Program-made: the position numbers and the translations under genes | Assembly (NCBI RefSeq): GCF_009914755.1 | Contig: NC_060928.1 | Strand: one strand, 5' to 3' | DNA: 64,000 nt | Origin: the human T2T-CHM13v2.0 reference genome, Homo sapiens | Part shown: positions 44,837 to 58,050 of the stretch, in pieces | How positions within the stretch are numbered: the first letter of the stretch is position 1 | Layout: each line of letters opens with the position of its first letter | The notes under the pieces: model-generated | What the model was told of the DNA's origin: nothing | Databases searched by the model: none | The model's input: the letters and a program-made list of their open reading frames with translations, nothing else

Positions 44837-47674
44837 GTGAGGCAATGCCTCGCCCTGCTTCGGCTCGCGCACGGTGCGCACACCCACTGACCCGCGCCCA
44901 CTCTCTGGCACTCTCTAGTGAGATGAACCCGGTACCTCAGATGGAAATGCAGAAATCACTGGTATTCTGGGTCGCTCACGCTGGGATCTGTAGACCGGAG
45001 CTGTTCCTATTCCTGAAAAATAAATTCTTAAAATGATGAAAATCTTGCAGAATAAGACAAAATTAGTTTTAAAAAATAAAACTTTTTTTGTTGGTAATGT
45101 AGAATTAACTTATAATGTTTTAAGTACAAAGTTTGCAAGAATTAGGAATACATATAAGAATGAATGAATATATTTGAAAGATACAATTAAATAAAAAGAG
45201 AGGAAAATAGGAGAGTTCAAGTGGGTAAAATAGTTGAAGAAGTAAATGCCAAAGAGCATCATTTAAACTTCATATTTTATTTATATCTAAATGTCATGTT
45301 TATCTAAGCACACTCAAATTTCATTTCAGAGGTTGTTTAGAAAGAAGCAAAATTCACAGTGCTTTATAACAAATGACAAAGGCCTGGATGACACAGAGAC
45401 AGTCAAGACAGCTTGGAGGCATAAACATGCCTATTTTCCAAAAACCTTACACAGAAGTTCAACATTGACATGGGGGGATGAATTATTCACAGAGGAAAAA
45501 GCTCCAGAAGATATTTCTAATGGATAATGACGAATTAACTAGATTTAAATCTACAAGACATTCATCCATGTTTCAAAAACATAAAATCTCTTATAAAGTT
45601 ATGTTCTATCTCATCTCATTAAGTAAGACTCTAATCTACAAACCAAGAGAGAAGCCAGACACTGCCCAGGGCACATATTTATTGATCACATTTATTTTCT
45701 CCATGAGGTAGGAGATAAAGAATAAGACTATGGGGTGTTAATCTGATTTGCAATTGTTAAAGTTAAGAAACAATTGACTTCTGAATATACTGTAACAATG
45801 TTTTAACATTTTTCAATATAAAGTTTAAAATCAGATAAGTAAACAACAATAATTATGATAGTGATGTGCTAAAGTGTCCTGGAAATGATCAGTTTAGTTT
45901 AAAAAAGATCCATCATAAACTTTATCCAAAATAATTTATGCAAATCATTTTAAGCTATGAAATAAATATTGAAAATGTTGTATTGATAAGAATCTAAACA
46001 AGCTCATTGGAAGAATAGTATTTTATACCACTTAAAAAGATAAAACACAGACTTAATTTTAAAATTCTTCCAATGATGTAAATGGTATTTTTCAGTTTGA
46101 TTACCTTTGTCATCAGTAATTCAGAAATCAGTTGTGCATATGCAAGCTGTTCAATAGGACACAATAAGTAAACAGAGAGGCTCAAAGTTACTACTGGAGT
46201 GATAAGGAAGGGAGTGAGAACTTGAGATTGCACAGGAAGGAGCATTACTTTCCTGGACAATGTGCAATCCATTTACCTTTCAAGCCAATCATGAGGCAAT
46301 TATTTTTGCCAGGAATTGATACAACCAATCACTCCAACCTTCAAAACATACACAAAAAGATAAGGCCTGTAACAAAGGATTTAGAAATGAAACAGTACTT
46401 TCTTTTAATCACATAGGTAAAGACTGATTCACTCTTTGGGGAAAGAAACCAGAGGATTTGTGTCAGATATTATTGTATAACCTTGGGAAATAGCCTGTAT
46501 AAAGTTCTAGTAATAACGTGGGTTGGTGTATTCAATCACTTGAGCAAATTTTACTTTTACGAAGTTTGAGTTTGAAACTCTTTCATTGCATACTGGCCTA
46601 TGTATGAAAGCAAACAGAGCATATTTGGAACTTACTTAGGTTATTATTATCATGCCATTAAATAAATATGATAAAAGTGAATAAATATGCCCCTGAGTGG
46701 GCAAACCAGGAGGTAAACCCTTTGACAGGTAATACATCAATTGAAGGGTGAATAAAATCAACTTAGTTGTGTTTATGAAGGCTTCATATTCCAGGCCCAT
46801 GCCTAGAAATTGACTATGATATGAGAAATATATCAAAATAATAGAATCTTAACCAGTCTTATTTCTCTTTGAAAGTTGTTATAAATCACACAAACTCAAG
46901 AATTATAGTTATTCATCCACAAGCAAAGGACTGACATGGATGCAAATATGTTGTAAAGTTATTTTACAGGAGGAAATTTGGAAACACGTGTGCATTTAAC
47001 ATGTGGTGCTAGCTGTTATATATTGCCCTCTAATAGACAGACTGTGGATATGTTATGAGAACAGATGGTTTTCCACCTAAAGACATTAATCTTAAGAAAA
47101 AACAACCATCCATCAGTTAAACAAGCAGGTGGTACTTTCCTGATCTCTCTGCCCCTGACTCTCTACCTTCAGAGGAAAGACCAGTATAATTTTTCTTAAA
47201 ATGACCTTATGAAGGCAAAATAAAAACTGCTTAATAAAGAAGCTAACAAGAATGTAAATTCAATACACTGCCAATTTAGAAAATTAGGTTTGGGTAACCA
47301 TCTTGTTTCCCAGCCTTAATTGGTTTATTTCAATCTTAACTTGCAGATGAACTCATAGCTCTTATGATTTTACAGATAAGGATGCTGATAACATGGGACA
47401 ATTGTGAGTTAACTAAGGTCAAAAAGAAAGTTGATAAGGATATAAGATTTCTAATATTTAATCTTAGTTATTTAATTTTATTAGATGATTCTAATTATAA
47501 ATGTCTTTTCCTATAAAAACTGTAGGTTCTACTCTTTTGGTGGTCCAAATCACACTGTTTGCCTAATCACTTCCTGCAGCAATTTAGTTATCAAGACAGA
47601 GTAGAAGGACCATTTGTCAAGAAGTAAGAAAACATTTAAGCTGTTGTTAACTAGTAGTTTACTATAGGTTAGTA

Positions 47675-48871
47675 TGATGGCTATTTGCCTATTGAGTATC
47701 AGCTGGGACAGGATTCTGTATCCTAAATTTCAGACTTTTTTTGGCCAGAAAGCATGAGAAAGAAAAGCCTAAGGGAGACTTTGGGGGAAAATGGGAAGCT
47801 GGAAGGAAGGAAGACCTCTTAATTTCAGTTCTTAACAGTGTTGATCCAGCAAGGAAAGACAGTTGCAGTTCGATGTGCTACCTCCTTTTGAAGGACTAGC
47901 AGTACTATAGCTCTTAAGAGAAGACAACTAAACCTCCTTCAATGGTTCCAAGCTCCAGCTTCACATTATCATCCCCCTCCCACTACCGAGGTGTCCAAAC
48001 ACCAGCTAGGTAGAGAATATGTTTCTGACATCTTACTCTTTGTTTTACCAGTGCTAGAGGTGGGAATCACCACCCTGTATTAGCAATATATCTAGGTTAC
48101 TTCATTTGCAGAAAGAATTAACTCAATAGTCCTGGGTTGCTCACATCCTGCAAATTCACACACACAAAAAAGGTCGGCTCCTGGGAAATAAATTATCAAC
48201 TCTTGGAATTTTGTCTAACAAAAGTATTTTTTGTATGTTTAAGGCCTTGGGTTCTGAGGTATCTGTTTGATGAGATAGTTTATGCTAGCAACGTTATTTA
48301 TGGTGAACACCTGTTTTTGTATGCTTGAGGCTTTGGGGCCTGAGGTGCTGGTTTAATTAGATGGTATATGCTAACAATGTTATTTAAGATGAATGTCTGT
48401 TTTTGCTGTGAGTAGCTGAGGTAATTCACTGCATACCTTCATGACTGACTCATCAGAAAACATTAGACTGTAAAGCTTGGGTAAGTTTTCCTGGTTGACT
48501 AAACTTTGCATATGTTGTCACACATTGTTGCTGGGAAAATTAAGTGTCTTCTTGTGACTAAACTGGGAGAGGACACCTGGAAACTTGCGCCTGATTTCTC
48601 CCACATTTCACCCACTATGCCTTTTTCCTTTGCTAATTTTAATTCTTTCACTATAATAAACTATAACCATGAGAAATAACAGCTTTTCTGAGTCCTGTGA
48701 GCCATTGAGCCTACGTGTGGTCTTGGGGTCACTCAGCACACCAGAGCTTTCCTTTTTTGCTCCATTAGCCTTTCTAACGGCTATATAACAGAACCCTGAA
48801 TTACATGTCCTCTGTTTTTAAAATATATAGAATGTTTTCTGCTTTCCTGATTGAATGTTTACTGATATACA
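47675..48871 (+). mobile_element. Old ERVL-type solo LTR (LTR33-like) split by a younger LTR
   Basis: Ends ctgctttcctgattgaatgtttactgatataca, an ERVL LTR-like terminus. The 5' boundary is approximate. Confidence 0.45.
48105..48740 (+). mobile_element. ERVL solo LTR (MER77/MER68/MER21 group)
   Basis: gcagaaagaattaac...tgttgtcacacattgttgctggg...aataaactataaccatgag...gagtcctgtgag...tggtcttgggg..caca. Confidence 0.75.
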
Positions 48872-49149
48872 GTGCCAATTAACTACTTCAAGGCATACTT
48901 ACTCCGTAGGTGTAATGAGTGATTCGTAAGAGATAATTTTTATGATTCTATGGTTCTTTCCCCAGAGTATTTTTGTGGCAAGGGCCATTCTGTCTCAAAT
49001 AAATATGATATTAATATTTTGTTATTTTTAAGAGACTGGAGTATGTTATATCCTAGGTTGATATAACAGAGCCTAGTTCTTCACTCCAGAATTTCACAAT
49101 TATTATTTCAGATAACTTCTCTTTTTGAAACTTCAGTAAAATAAAATCC

Positions 49150-49300
49150 AAGCATGGTTTTTGGAGTTAAATAGCTTTACCACTTAAATTACAAAATTAG
49201 AATACTTACTCTCTCTATACCCCATTTCCTTATCTTCAAAACTTTTAAATATCTTAAAGAGTTATTGATAGGGCTAGATGAGATAATATATGAGAAAAGC
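49150..49300 (+). mobile_element. MIR fragment (target of the L1MA insertion)
   Basis: cccatttccttatcttcaaaa...agagttattgatagggctagatgagataatatatg; a tail-like remainder follows 56346. Confidence 0.6.
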
Positions 49301-49308
49301 TCGTTATG

Positions 49309-52300
49309 GGAGAGTAACATCAGCAAGATAGCTGACTACAGTTATCTGGCACTCATCTCATTTTACTGTTTAAGTCAAAAGGTACCAAAACAATGAGTAA
49401 ACAACTATATTTCAACTAGAGTGACTGAAGAAGTATGCTTATAAACACCAGAGAAATGGCAGTATCTTTTTGGAGCATGGAAGCTCAGGATAGCACCATA
49501 GAGAAAGAAGTGTGTCACTCTCCCTCTGCCATGCTCTCTCCCCAAATGGGATCAGCTCAGACTCAGGAGGAACTTCTTCCTACAGGGAAAAGGTAAGCTG
49601 GAGATCCATAGCAGCCCCCACTGCTGCCACAAATACCTGCAGTCCATGCTACAGGAGAGAAACCCAGCCTTTACTGGCCTTGAATCCAGTTTGGGGAGTA
49701 TCTAGGAGTCCATGCATCAGTATTGCCTCATAGAAAGAGCCTACCTTGAACATTTTCTCACTCTTGCAACCTAGGCAGCTATGGCTGGGCATTGTTTGAA
49801 ACTAGATATACTACTAGAGTGTGCCTTTCTATGGGGATCAGTAGCAACTGACTCTGTCTATCCCTGAGGCCCTGCCATCATTCCACCACATTCACATGGG
49901 TGCATATAGTACAACAACCCTGCTTGCCCAAGCATAGAACAGATAAAATAACTGAGACTCTGCTATCCAAACCCACATGGTATCCCACCCCCTAAGGTAA
50001 TAGGCAGGCTTGCACAGAGGGAAAGCAGCTGAACAGCCTGACAACCACCATGTTTGCATATACCTGTGTCACAAAACCAGCTGCTCCTCACCACTAACAC
50101 ACAGGTGCTGCTTACTGGCTTGACAGCTGGTCCTGTGGCACCCCTACCCCAGGGCAGCCTTATAGTGCCAACCCGGTTCCTCTGCACTCACAGAGGGCAG
50201 TGAACCACCTCACAGCTAATCCTGCAGCAGCGCCACCTCCTCAGGCCTCTGCAGGGCTACTGGGCAAAACCACGCCTGTCCAAGTTCGGACACCTATTAA
50301 TTGATAGAGCCACCTTGCCTCTCTCTACCCATGAGAACCCATGCCTGTCCTCTAATAGCCAGCCCAACAGCAGCCATAGCTTTCCCAGAGAGTTTGTTGA
50401 CAGTTTGTGTCAGCTCTCATGACTGTACTTGTCTGGCACTGGACATCCAGCTCTGAACCCCTGCCTCCAGCAAAACCACACCAGTGGCATCACAAACACA
50501 GACAGCCTAGGCCACTGAGGCAATCACAGACATCACTGACAAGGATTACAGCTGAAGAAACTCCACAGAGACAGGACTACTGAGTCAGTACAGAACCAAA
50601 GCCAATGTCCCCTACACAACCAACCCCAATGACCCACTACAGGAAAAATTATCTCCTTACATAAGCTACTAATAAAATCAAAAAAGGCAACTAGTATACT
50701 AGATGTGCAGATATCAATGTATGGACACAAGAAACATTAAAAAGCAAGAAAACATGACACTGCCCCCCCAACAGAAAAAATGAGGACTCTCTGTATTATC
50801 TTTTTTGGGGGTCTTCAGTAACACACCAAAGAAAATAATATTTATGAAGACCCTGAAAAAGAATGGAAAATAATGATCTTAAGGAAACTCAGCAAGCTAC
50901 AAGATAACAAACAATTCAATAAAATCAGAAAAGCAATTCATAATCTGAATTAGAAATTCAACAAAGAGATATCATAAAACAATCAAACAGAAATTTTAAA
51001 GCTAAAGAAATTGATGAATGAAATGAAAATATATAATTGAGACCTTCACAATAGACTAGATAAAGCAGAATAAAGAATTATAAAAAAGCATGCAGAAAGA
51101 ATACAAACTTATGAGTCACATAGGCAAATAAATATTCACATTATAGATTTCACATAGGGAGAAAAGATGGAGAAAGGCACAGAAAACCTATATAATAAAT
51201 AACACTAAAAACTTCCCAAACATTGGCAGATACATGAAATCCAGATTCAGGAAGTTTAATAATATCCAATCAGATTCAACCTCAAAAGTTTCTTTCTGAG
51301 GCACATTATAATCAAACTATCAAAAGTCAAAGACAAAAAGAGAATTCTGAAGGCTTCCAGAGAAATATGTGAAATTTACCAGACTATAAGCAAATTTCTT
51401 AGGATAATCCTTCTAGGATGGGAGAGAATGGGATGAGATACACACACACACACACAAATCTGTCAACTAAGAATACTATATCCAGCAAAGCTATCCTTTT
51501 GAAATGAAGGAGAAATAAAGACCTTCCTAGAGAAGCACAAACTGAGAAAATTCATCACCACTAGGCCAGCCTTACAAGAAACGTTTAAGGGAGTGTTACA
51601 GCTAGAAACAAAAGAACAATTACTACATGTAAATGCATGACAATATAAAACTCATAAAGAGAGGTAAATTCACAAATCAAACTTAGAAATGGTGCAACAT
51701 AAATCTCGCTACCTTCTACTATAAAAGTTTAAAGTAAAAGTGATCAAAAATACAAACAGCTGCAATTAGAGGTAAGAAACACATAATAGATTTTAAAAAG
51801 GTAAATTAAGGCAAGAAAAAAATTTTTTTGGGGGGAGCCTCTAGAGTGTTTTTATATGGCCAATGTTAAGTTGCTATTAGTTTAAACGATTGTATCTACA
51901 ACACTGATTACATTAGCCCCATGGTTACCACAAAGAAGGAAATTATAGCAGATACACTAAAAAGAAAGAGAAAGTAAACAAAATTTAGCAATATAAGAAA
52001 CTACCAAACTACATGAGTAACAAAAAAGAAGAAAGGAATTAAGTATCCAATAATCCAAAAATAATTAACAATTAAATGGGAAAAGTAAGCCTCTATCAAT
52101 AATAAACTTCTATGAAAAATGATTAAATTTTCCTATTACAAAATATAGAGTGAACAGATTTTTTTAAAAAATAAACCCAACTGTATGCTGCCTACAAGAG
52201 GCTACCTCACAATTAAAGAGATATCTGGATTAAGTGAAGGATTGTAAAAGGATATTCTATGAAAACAGAAAACAAAAGCAATCAGGAGTAGCTATACTTA

Positions 52301-55300
52301 AATAAGAAAGGGTTTTAATCAAAAACTGTAAAAAGAGACAAAGTCATTACATAATAAGAAAGGGATCAATTTAGCAAGAGAATGTAACAATTATATATGT
52401 ACCTGACACCAGAGCACAAAAATTTATAAAGAAAATATTATTAGATCTAAAGGAAGAAATTGACTGCAATAATTGGGGACTCAATATCTCACTTTCAACA
52501 ATGTACAAGTATCTAGACAGAAAAACATCAAAGAAACATCAGACTTATATTATACCACAGACCAAATGGAGACACAGCAAAAGTAGTTATGAGAGAAATT
52601 TATAGCAATAAATGCCAACATCAAAGGATGAAAAAAATGTATTCCTAATAAACAACCAAAGGAACTAGGTTGCATCTCAAGGAACTAGGAAAACAAGAAC
52701 AAACTACCAAAAGTTGGTAGAAGGTAGAAAGTAAAGCTCAAAGCATAAATAAGTAAAATAATAACTTAAAAACAATTTTAAAGATTTATGAAAGAAAGAA
52801 ATGGCTTTTTAAAAGACAGACAAAATTGACAAACATTTAGTTAGGCTAATCCAGAGGAAAAAAAAGACTCAAATAAATGAAATCCTGAATGAAAAAAGGC
52901 AGTATTACTGATATTACAGAAATACAAAGAATCATGTGAGACTATTGTGAGCTAGAATATGCCAACAAATTTGGGAACACAAAAGAAAAAGATAAATTCC
53001 TGGATAAATACAACATAACAAAATTAAATTGTGAAGAAATAGAAATTTGGACAGACCAATAAAGGGTGAGGACATTTAATAAATAATAGAAACATTTTCA
53101 ATCAGAAAAAGAATCCCAGGACCTGATGGCTTCACTGCTGAGTTTCCCAAACATTTAAAAAAGAACTACTTCCAATTCTCCTCAAACTATTCCGGAAAAT
53201 TGAGGAGGAAGAAATACTTTTAAATTCATTTTACAAGAACAGCATCACCCTGATTCCAAAATCAGGCAAAGATACATTCAAAAAAGAAAACTACAAACCA
53301 ACATCCTTAATGAATATAGATGCAAAAATTTTGAAGATACTAGTAAGTCAAATTCAACAGTACATCCAAAAGATAATTTAATATGATCAAGTGGAATTTA
53401 TCTCAGGGCGCATGGATGGTTCAACATAGGCAAATTAATTAAGTGATGCATCACATTTGCAAAACTAAAAATAGATCAGAGAAAACATTAGACAAAATTC
53501 ATTTCAATAGATACAGAAAAAACATTAGACAAAATTCAACATCCCCTTATGATAAAAACACTCAACAAATTAGTAATGGAAGATATGTATTTCAAAACAG
53601 TAAGTGCCATCTATAACAAACCCACAGCCAACATCATAAAGAACAAGGAAAAGTTGAAAGATTTTCCTCAACGATCAGAAACAAGACAAGGATGCTTACT
53701 TTAACCACTTGTATTTAACATAATACTGGAAGTCATAATCAGAGCAATTAAGAGAGAGAAATAAAAAGCATCCAAATTGGCAAGAAGAAAGTCACTGTTC
53801 CTGTTTGCAGATGATACAATTTTATGTATAGAAAACTCTAAAGACTCAACCAGAAAAACTCTTAGAACTAATGAAATAAATTCAGTGAAGTTGCAAGATA
53901 CAAAATCAACATACAAAAATCAGTAGCATTTCTATATGCTAATAGAAAACTATCTAAAAAAGAATCGATTCCATTTACAGTAGTAACAAAAAAAAAAAAA
54001 ATAAAACCTAGAAGTAAACTTAACCAATGAGGTAAAAGATCCCAACCTTGAAAATTATAATATACTGATAAAAGAATTGAAGAAGACACAAATGAATAGA
54101 AGGATATTCTGTGCTCATGGATTGGAAGAATTAATATTGTCAAAATGGGATACTACCTAAATTGATCTACACATTTAATGCAATCCTGATCTAAATACCA
54201 ATGTGATTATTCACAAAAATAGAAAAAACTATTCTAAAATTGGTATGGAACCACAAAGACCCCAAATAGCCAAAGCAATTCTGAGCAAAAGGAATAAAGC
54301 TAGAGGCATCACACTACCTGACTTCAAAACATACCTCAAGCTATACTATGTACTGACATAAAAATAGACACATAGACCAATGGAATAGAATAGAAATCCC
54401 AGAAATAAATTCACACATCTACAGCCAACTTATTTTTGACAAAGGTGCCAAGAACACACATTGGGAAAAAGATAGTCTCTTGAACAAATGGTGCTGGGAA
54501 ATTTGGATATCCATAAAGAGAAAAATGATACTAGACCCCTTCCTCTCACTATATTAAAAAAAAAAAACCTCAAAATGAATTAAAGTCTTAAATGTAAAAC
54601 CCAACTATGAAACTACTAGAAGAAAACATAGATCAAAATGCCTTACATCTTTGGGTTAGACAAAAAGTTTTTAAACAAGAACTCAAAAGCAACAAATGTA
54701 AAAACAGACAAATGAGATTACATCAAACTAAAAACCTTCTGCACATCAAAGAAGCAATTAACAGAGTAAAGAGACAACCTACAGAATGGAATGCAATAGT
54801 TGCAAACTATACATCTGACATGAATTCATGACAAGAATATATAGAAAATTTAAACAACTCAACAGTAACAAAAAACAAGCCAATAAAAAGTGAGTAAAAG
54901 ACCTCAAAAGACATTTCTCAGAAGACGTTCAAATGACCAACAAGTACATACAAATGCTCAACTTCACTAATCATCAGAGAAATGCAGGTAAAAACCACAA
55001 TGAGGTATGACCTCACTCCAGTTAGAATGTCTATAAACAAATATACAAAGGAAAACAAGTGGCGGCACAGATGTGGAGAAAAGGAAATATTTACACACTG
55101 TTGGTAGGATTGTAAATTAATACAACCACCATGAAAAACAGTATGAAGGTTAGTCACAAAACTTAAAAATAAAACTGTGATATGATCCAGCAGTCCCATC
55201 ACTAAGTACTTATACAAAAGAAATGAAATCAAGATGTCAAAATGATATCTGCACTCCTATGTTTGTTGCAGCACTATTTACAATAGCTGAGATACAGAAT

Positions 55301-56331
55301 CAATCTAAGTGTCCAAAAATGGATGAATGTCTGAAGAAAATGTGGTATATATACACAATTGAACACTATTCAGTTATAAAAAAGAATGAAATACTGTTAT
55401 ATGCAACAATGTGGATGGAACTGGAAGAAAACATGTTAAGTGAAATAAGCCAGAAATGGAACAACAAATACTGCATAATCTCACTCATATATGGAATTGA
55501 AAATTTAAATACAAATTTGGTATCATAGAAGCAGAGAAGGACAGCATTTACCAGAGACTGGGGAGGGGAAGATGAGAAGAGGCTGGTAAATGGGTGCAAG
55601 ATTACAATTGGATAGGAGGAATAAGTTCTGGTGTTCTATTGTGCAAAAGCACCATGATGGCTAACAGTAAGATATGGTATACAGTTGATTCTTGAACAAT
55701 GTGGGGGTTAGTGGCACTGAGTCCTTGTGCAGTTTGAAATCTATGTATAACTTTTGACTCCCCAAAAACATAACTACTAATAGCTTATTGTTGTCTGGGA
55801 GCCTTACTGATAACATAAGTCAATTAAACCATATTTTGCATGTTTTATGTATTCTTACAATAACGTTTGCATGTTTTCTGTATTCTTACTGTATTCTTAC
55901 AATAACGTAAGCTAGAGAAAAAAGTTATTTAAGAAAATCATAAGAAAGAGAAAATACATTTACTAATCATTAAGTGGAAGTGAATCATTATAAAGGTCTT
56001 CATTCTTGTTGTCCATGTTGAGTAGGCTGAGAAGGTGGAGGAAGAGAAGGACTTGGTCTTGCTGTCTCAGGGGTGGCCAAGGTGGGAGAAAATCTGTGTA
56101 TAAGTGGCCCTGCACAACTCAAACCCGTGTTGTTCAAGGGTCAACTGTATTGCAAAACAGCTTGAAGAGAGGCTTTTGAATGTTCTCTTCACAAAGAAAT
56201 GATAAATGCATGAGGTGATGATCATGTCCAATATCCTGATTTGATTATTATACAATACAATACATATATGTATTGAAACACCAAATTGTATTCCATAAAT
56301 ATGTACAATTACAATGTGCCAATTAAAAAAA
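49309..56331 (+). mobile_element. Near-full-length old L1 (L1MA-type), heavily decayed
   Basis: 5' end ggagagtaacatcagcaagatagctgac, GC-richer 5' UTR, ORF1 about 50750-51620, ORF2 about 52070-55500, L1MA 3' UTR and A-tail; TSD GAAAAGCTCGTTATG / GGAAAGCTTATTATG. Confidence 0.9.
55682..56147 (-). mobile_element. Tigger2a/MER28-like non-autonomous DNA transposon
   Basis: Terminal inverted repeats cagttgattcttgaacaa / ttgttcaagggtcaactg flanked by TA duplications; inserted in the L1 3' UTR. Confidence 0.9.
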
Positions 56332-57339
56332 GGAAAGCTTATTATGAAATAAGTGTACACAAGTTTAGTTAGTATTATTATTTTTATAGTGAATATAGCA
56401 GATTTTTTAAGAATACTGGCTGTGAAGTTAAATATATGTGTGTTCCAATTCTGTGGTGAAAACTAGATGACATAATGGTAATAATTTGGCAACCATTAAG
56501 GCCTGGTACGGACTAGCTGTTCAATAAATGGTGAATTATCATTGTTATATTTCTTGTCAATTGTTTTGGGCTCTGTGCTTTCATATACAGAATTGTTGTT
56601 TCCTGTGTTCCCTTTACAAATGAAAATTTACTTCTTTATCTTTGTTACTATAGGATAATCCACCCACTTAAACTAATTAAGGATTACTTTCTTAAATCTA
56701 ATACTAATATTTTTGGGTTTTGTAATGTTCACATTAATCAATCTGAAACATAAATTTTTATATTAAATATAAAACTTACTGATTTAAAATAATTTTTCCA
56801 TGAAGTAAACTCCAAAATTCTTGATAATTTTGAGGAGATAATTTTTTTTTCCTGACAGGGAAAATTTACAAGATGTATTTGAGCGCATTGGAAATGTTGA
56901 TTTATCAAGTTTCCAGGTAAAGCGACAAGTAATAATTTTTATGGTTGGTTTCATTGATTTTCATGTAGTTCGAAAATTTTTTAATTTTTCAGATGGCACT
57001 TTTAATTCCTGATGAGCACAATTTGTCTATGATTTAGCAGCAGGTTTGTTCATAATCTGTGAAAAACAATGTTAGATATTTTCTAACATTACCTTTTGTC
57101 AGAAAGCAAATACAGCATAATCCATAGTGAGGCAGATGCTCAACATGTAATTTTAGCATTGTCAACATGTTTCTTTTAGTATTGGTGTGTTATTGTGAAA
57201 CCAGTGATGTGTATAACTACTGTATTCTCTTGGTTCTTATTAAAAGAGGCAGTGGTCTATAAATATGAATGTGAGTGTTTGCAAAGAACTGAGGGCCCAA
57301 AGATGAAATCAATAAAAAAAATGGAAATATAAAAAAAAA

Positions 57340-58050
57340 ATGAATAATTGGGTAGGAACAGCGTACTTACAATTTACCAGGCATGGTTTTGGATGTATAA
57401 GGTGGGGCAACTGCAATCATGTATGTATGTATGTATGTATAGACATGACTGGCTTAGACTACAGTAGTAGCATTAGCAGTTGTAAGATTCTGAATCTATT
57501 TTTAAAGTTGAAATTTGAATTGGATGTAGACTGTCAGAAAAAAAAAAGAGAAACAAACATACCAATTGGAGTATGGCTCCAAGGTTTGTTTTGCATTACG
57601 AACCAGAAAGATTGTTTCCATTTGTCGAAGAGTAGAAGGCTGGGGAAAAATGTTTGATGATAGTGTGGAAATAAGAATTGCAATTTTAAAGATGTTGAAT
57701 TTGAGATGCTTTTAGTTATTGAAGAAATTATCTGATAAACTATTAGATACTTGAATACAGAGTTAAGAGAAGAAAATAAGAAGGAAATACAAATTTGTGA
57801 GCTACCATATAGATTGCTTTTAAAGCTATGAAACAAAAAAGCGTATAGTTTGGGAATGAAAAAATAGGAAAAGAGAAGAGATCTAAGGACTAAACCTGAG
57901 TACCACTCTACACTCTAAGTCATATGAAAAGAACTCAAAAAGGATATCTGAAAGTATTTACATATTAAAGGAGTGCAGAAAATTCAGGAAATGGTAACAT
58001 ATAATAAACCTAAGAGACAATAGCCTTATTAAGATGGTAGTTTGTAAAGA
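57340..58050 (-). mobile_element. Degenerate LINE-2 fragment
   Basis: gatgttgaatttgagatgc, atacaaatttgtgagctaccatatagattgcttttaaagctatg, aaggactaaacctgag. Confidence 0.55.

Noticed and set aside
45030-47670. Short ORFs in unique AT-rich DNA
   Set aside because: No recognisable domains or convincing exon structure; lengths are as expected by chance.
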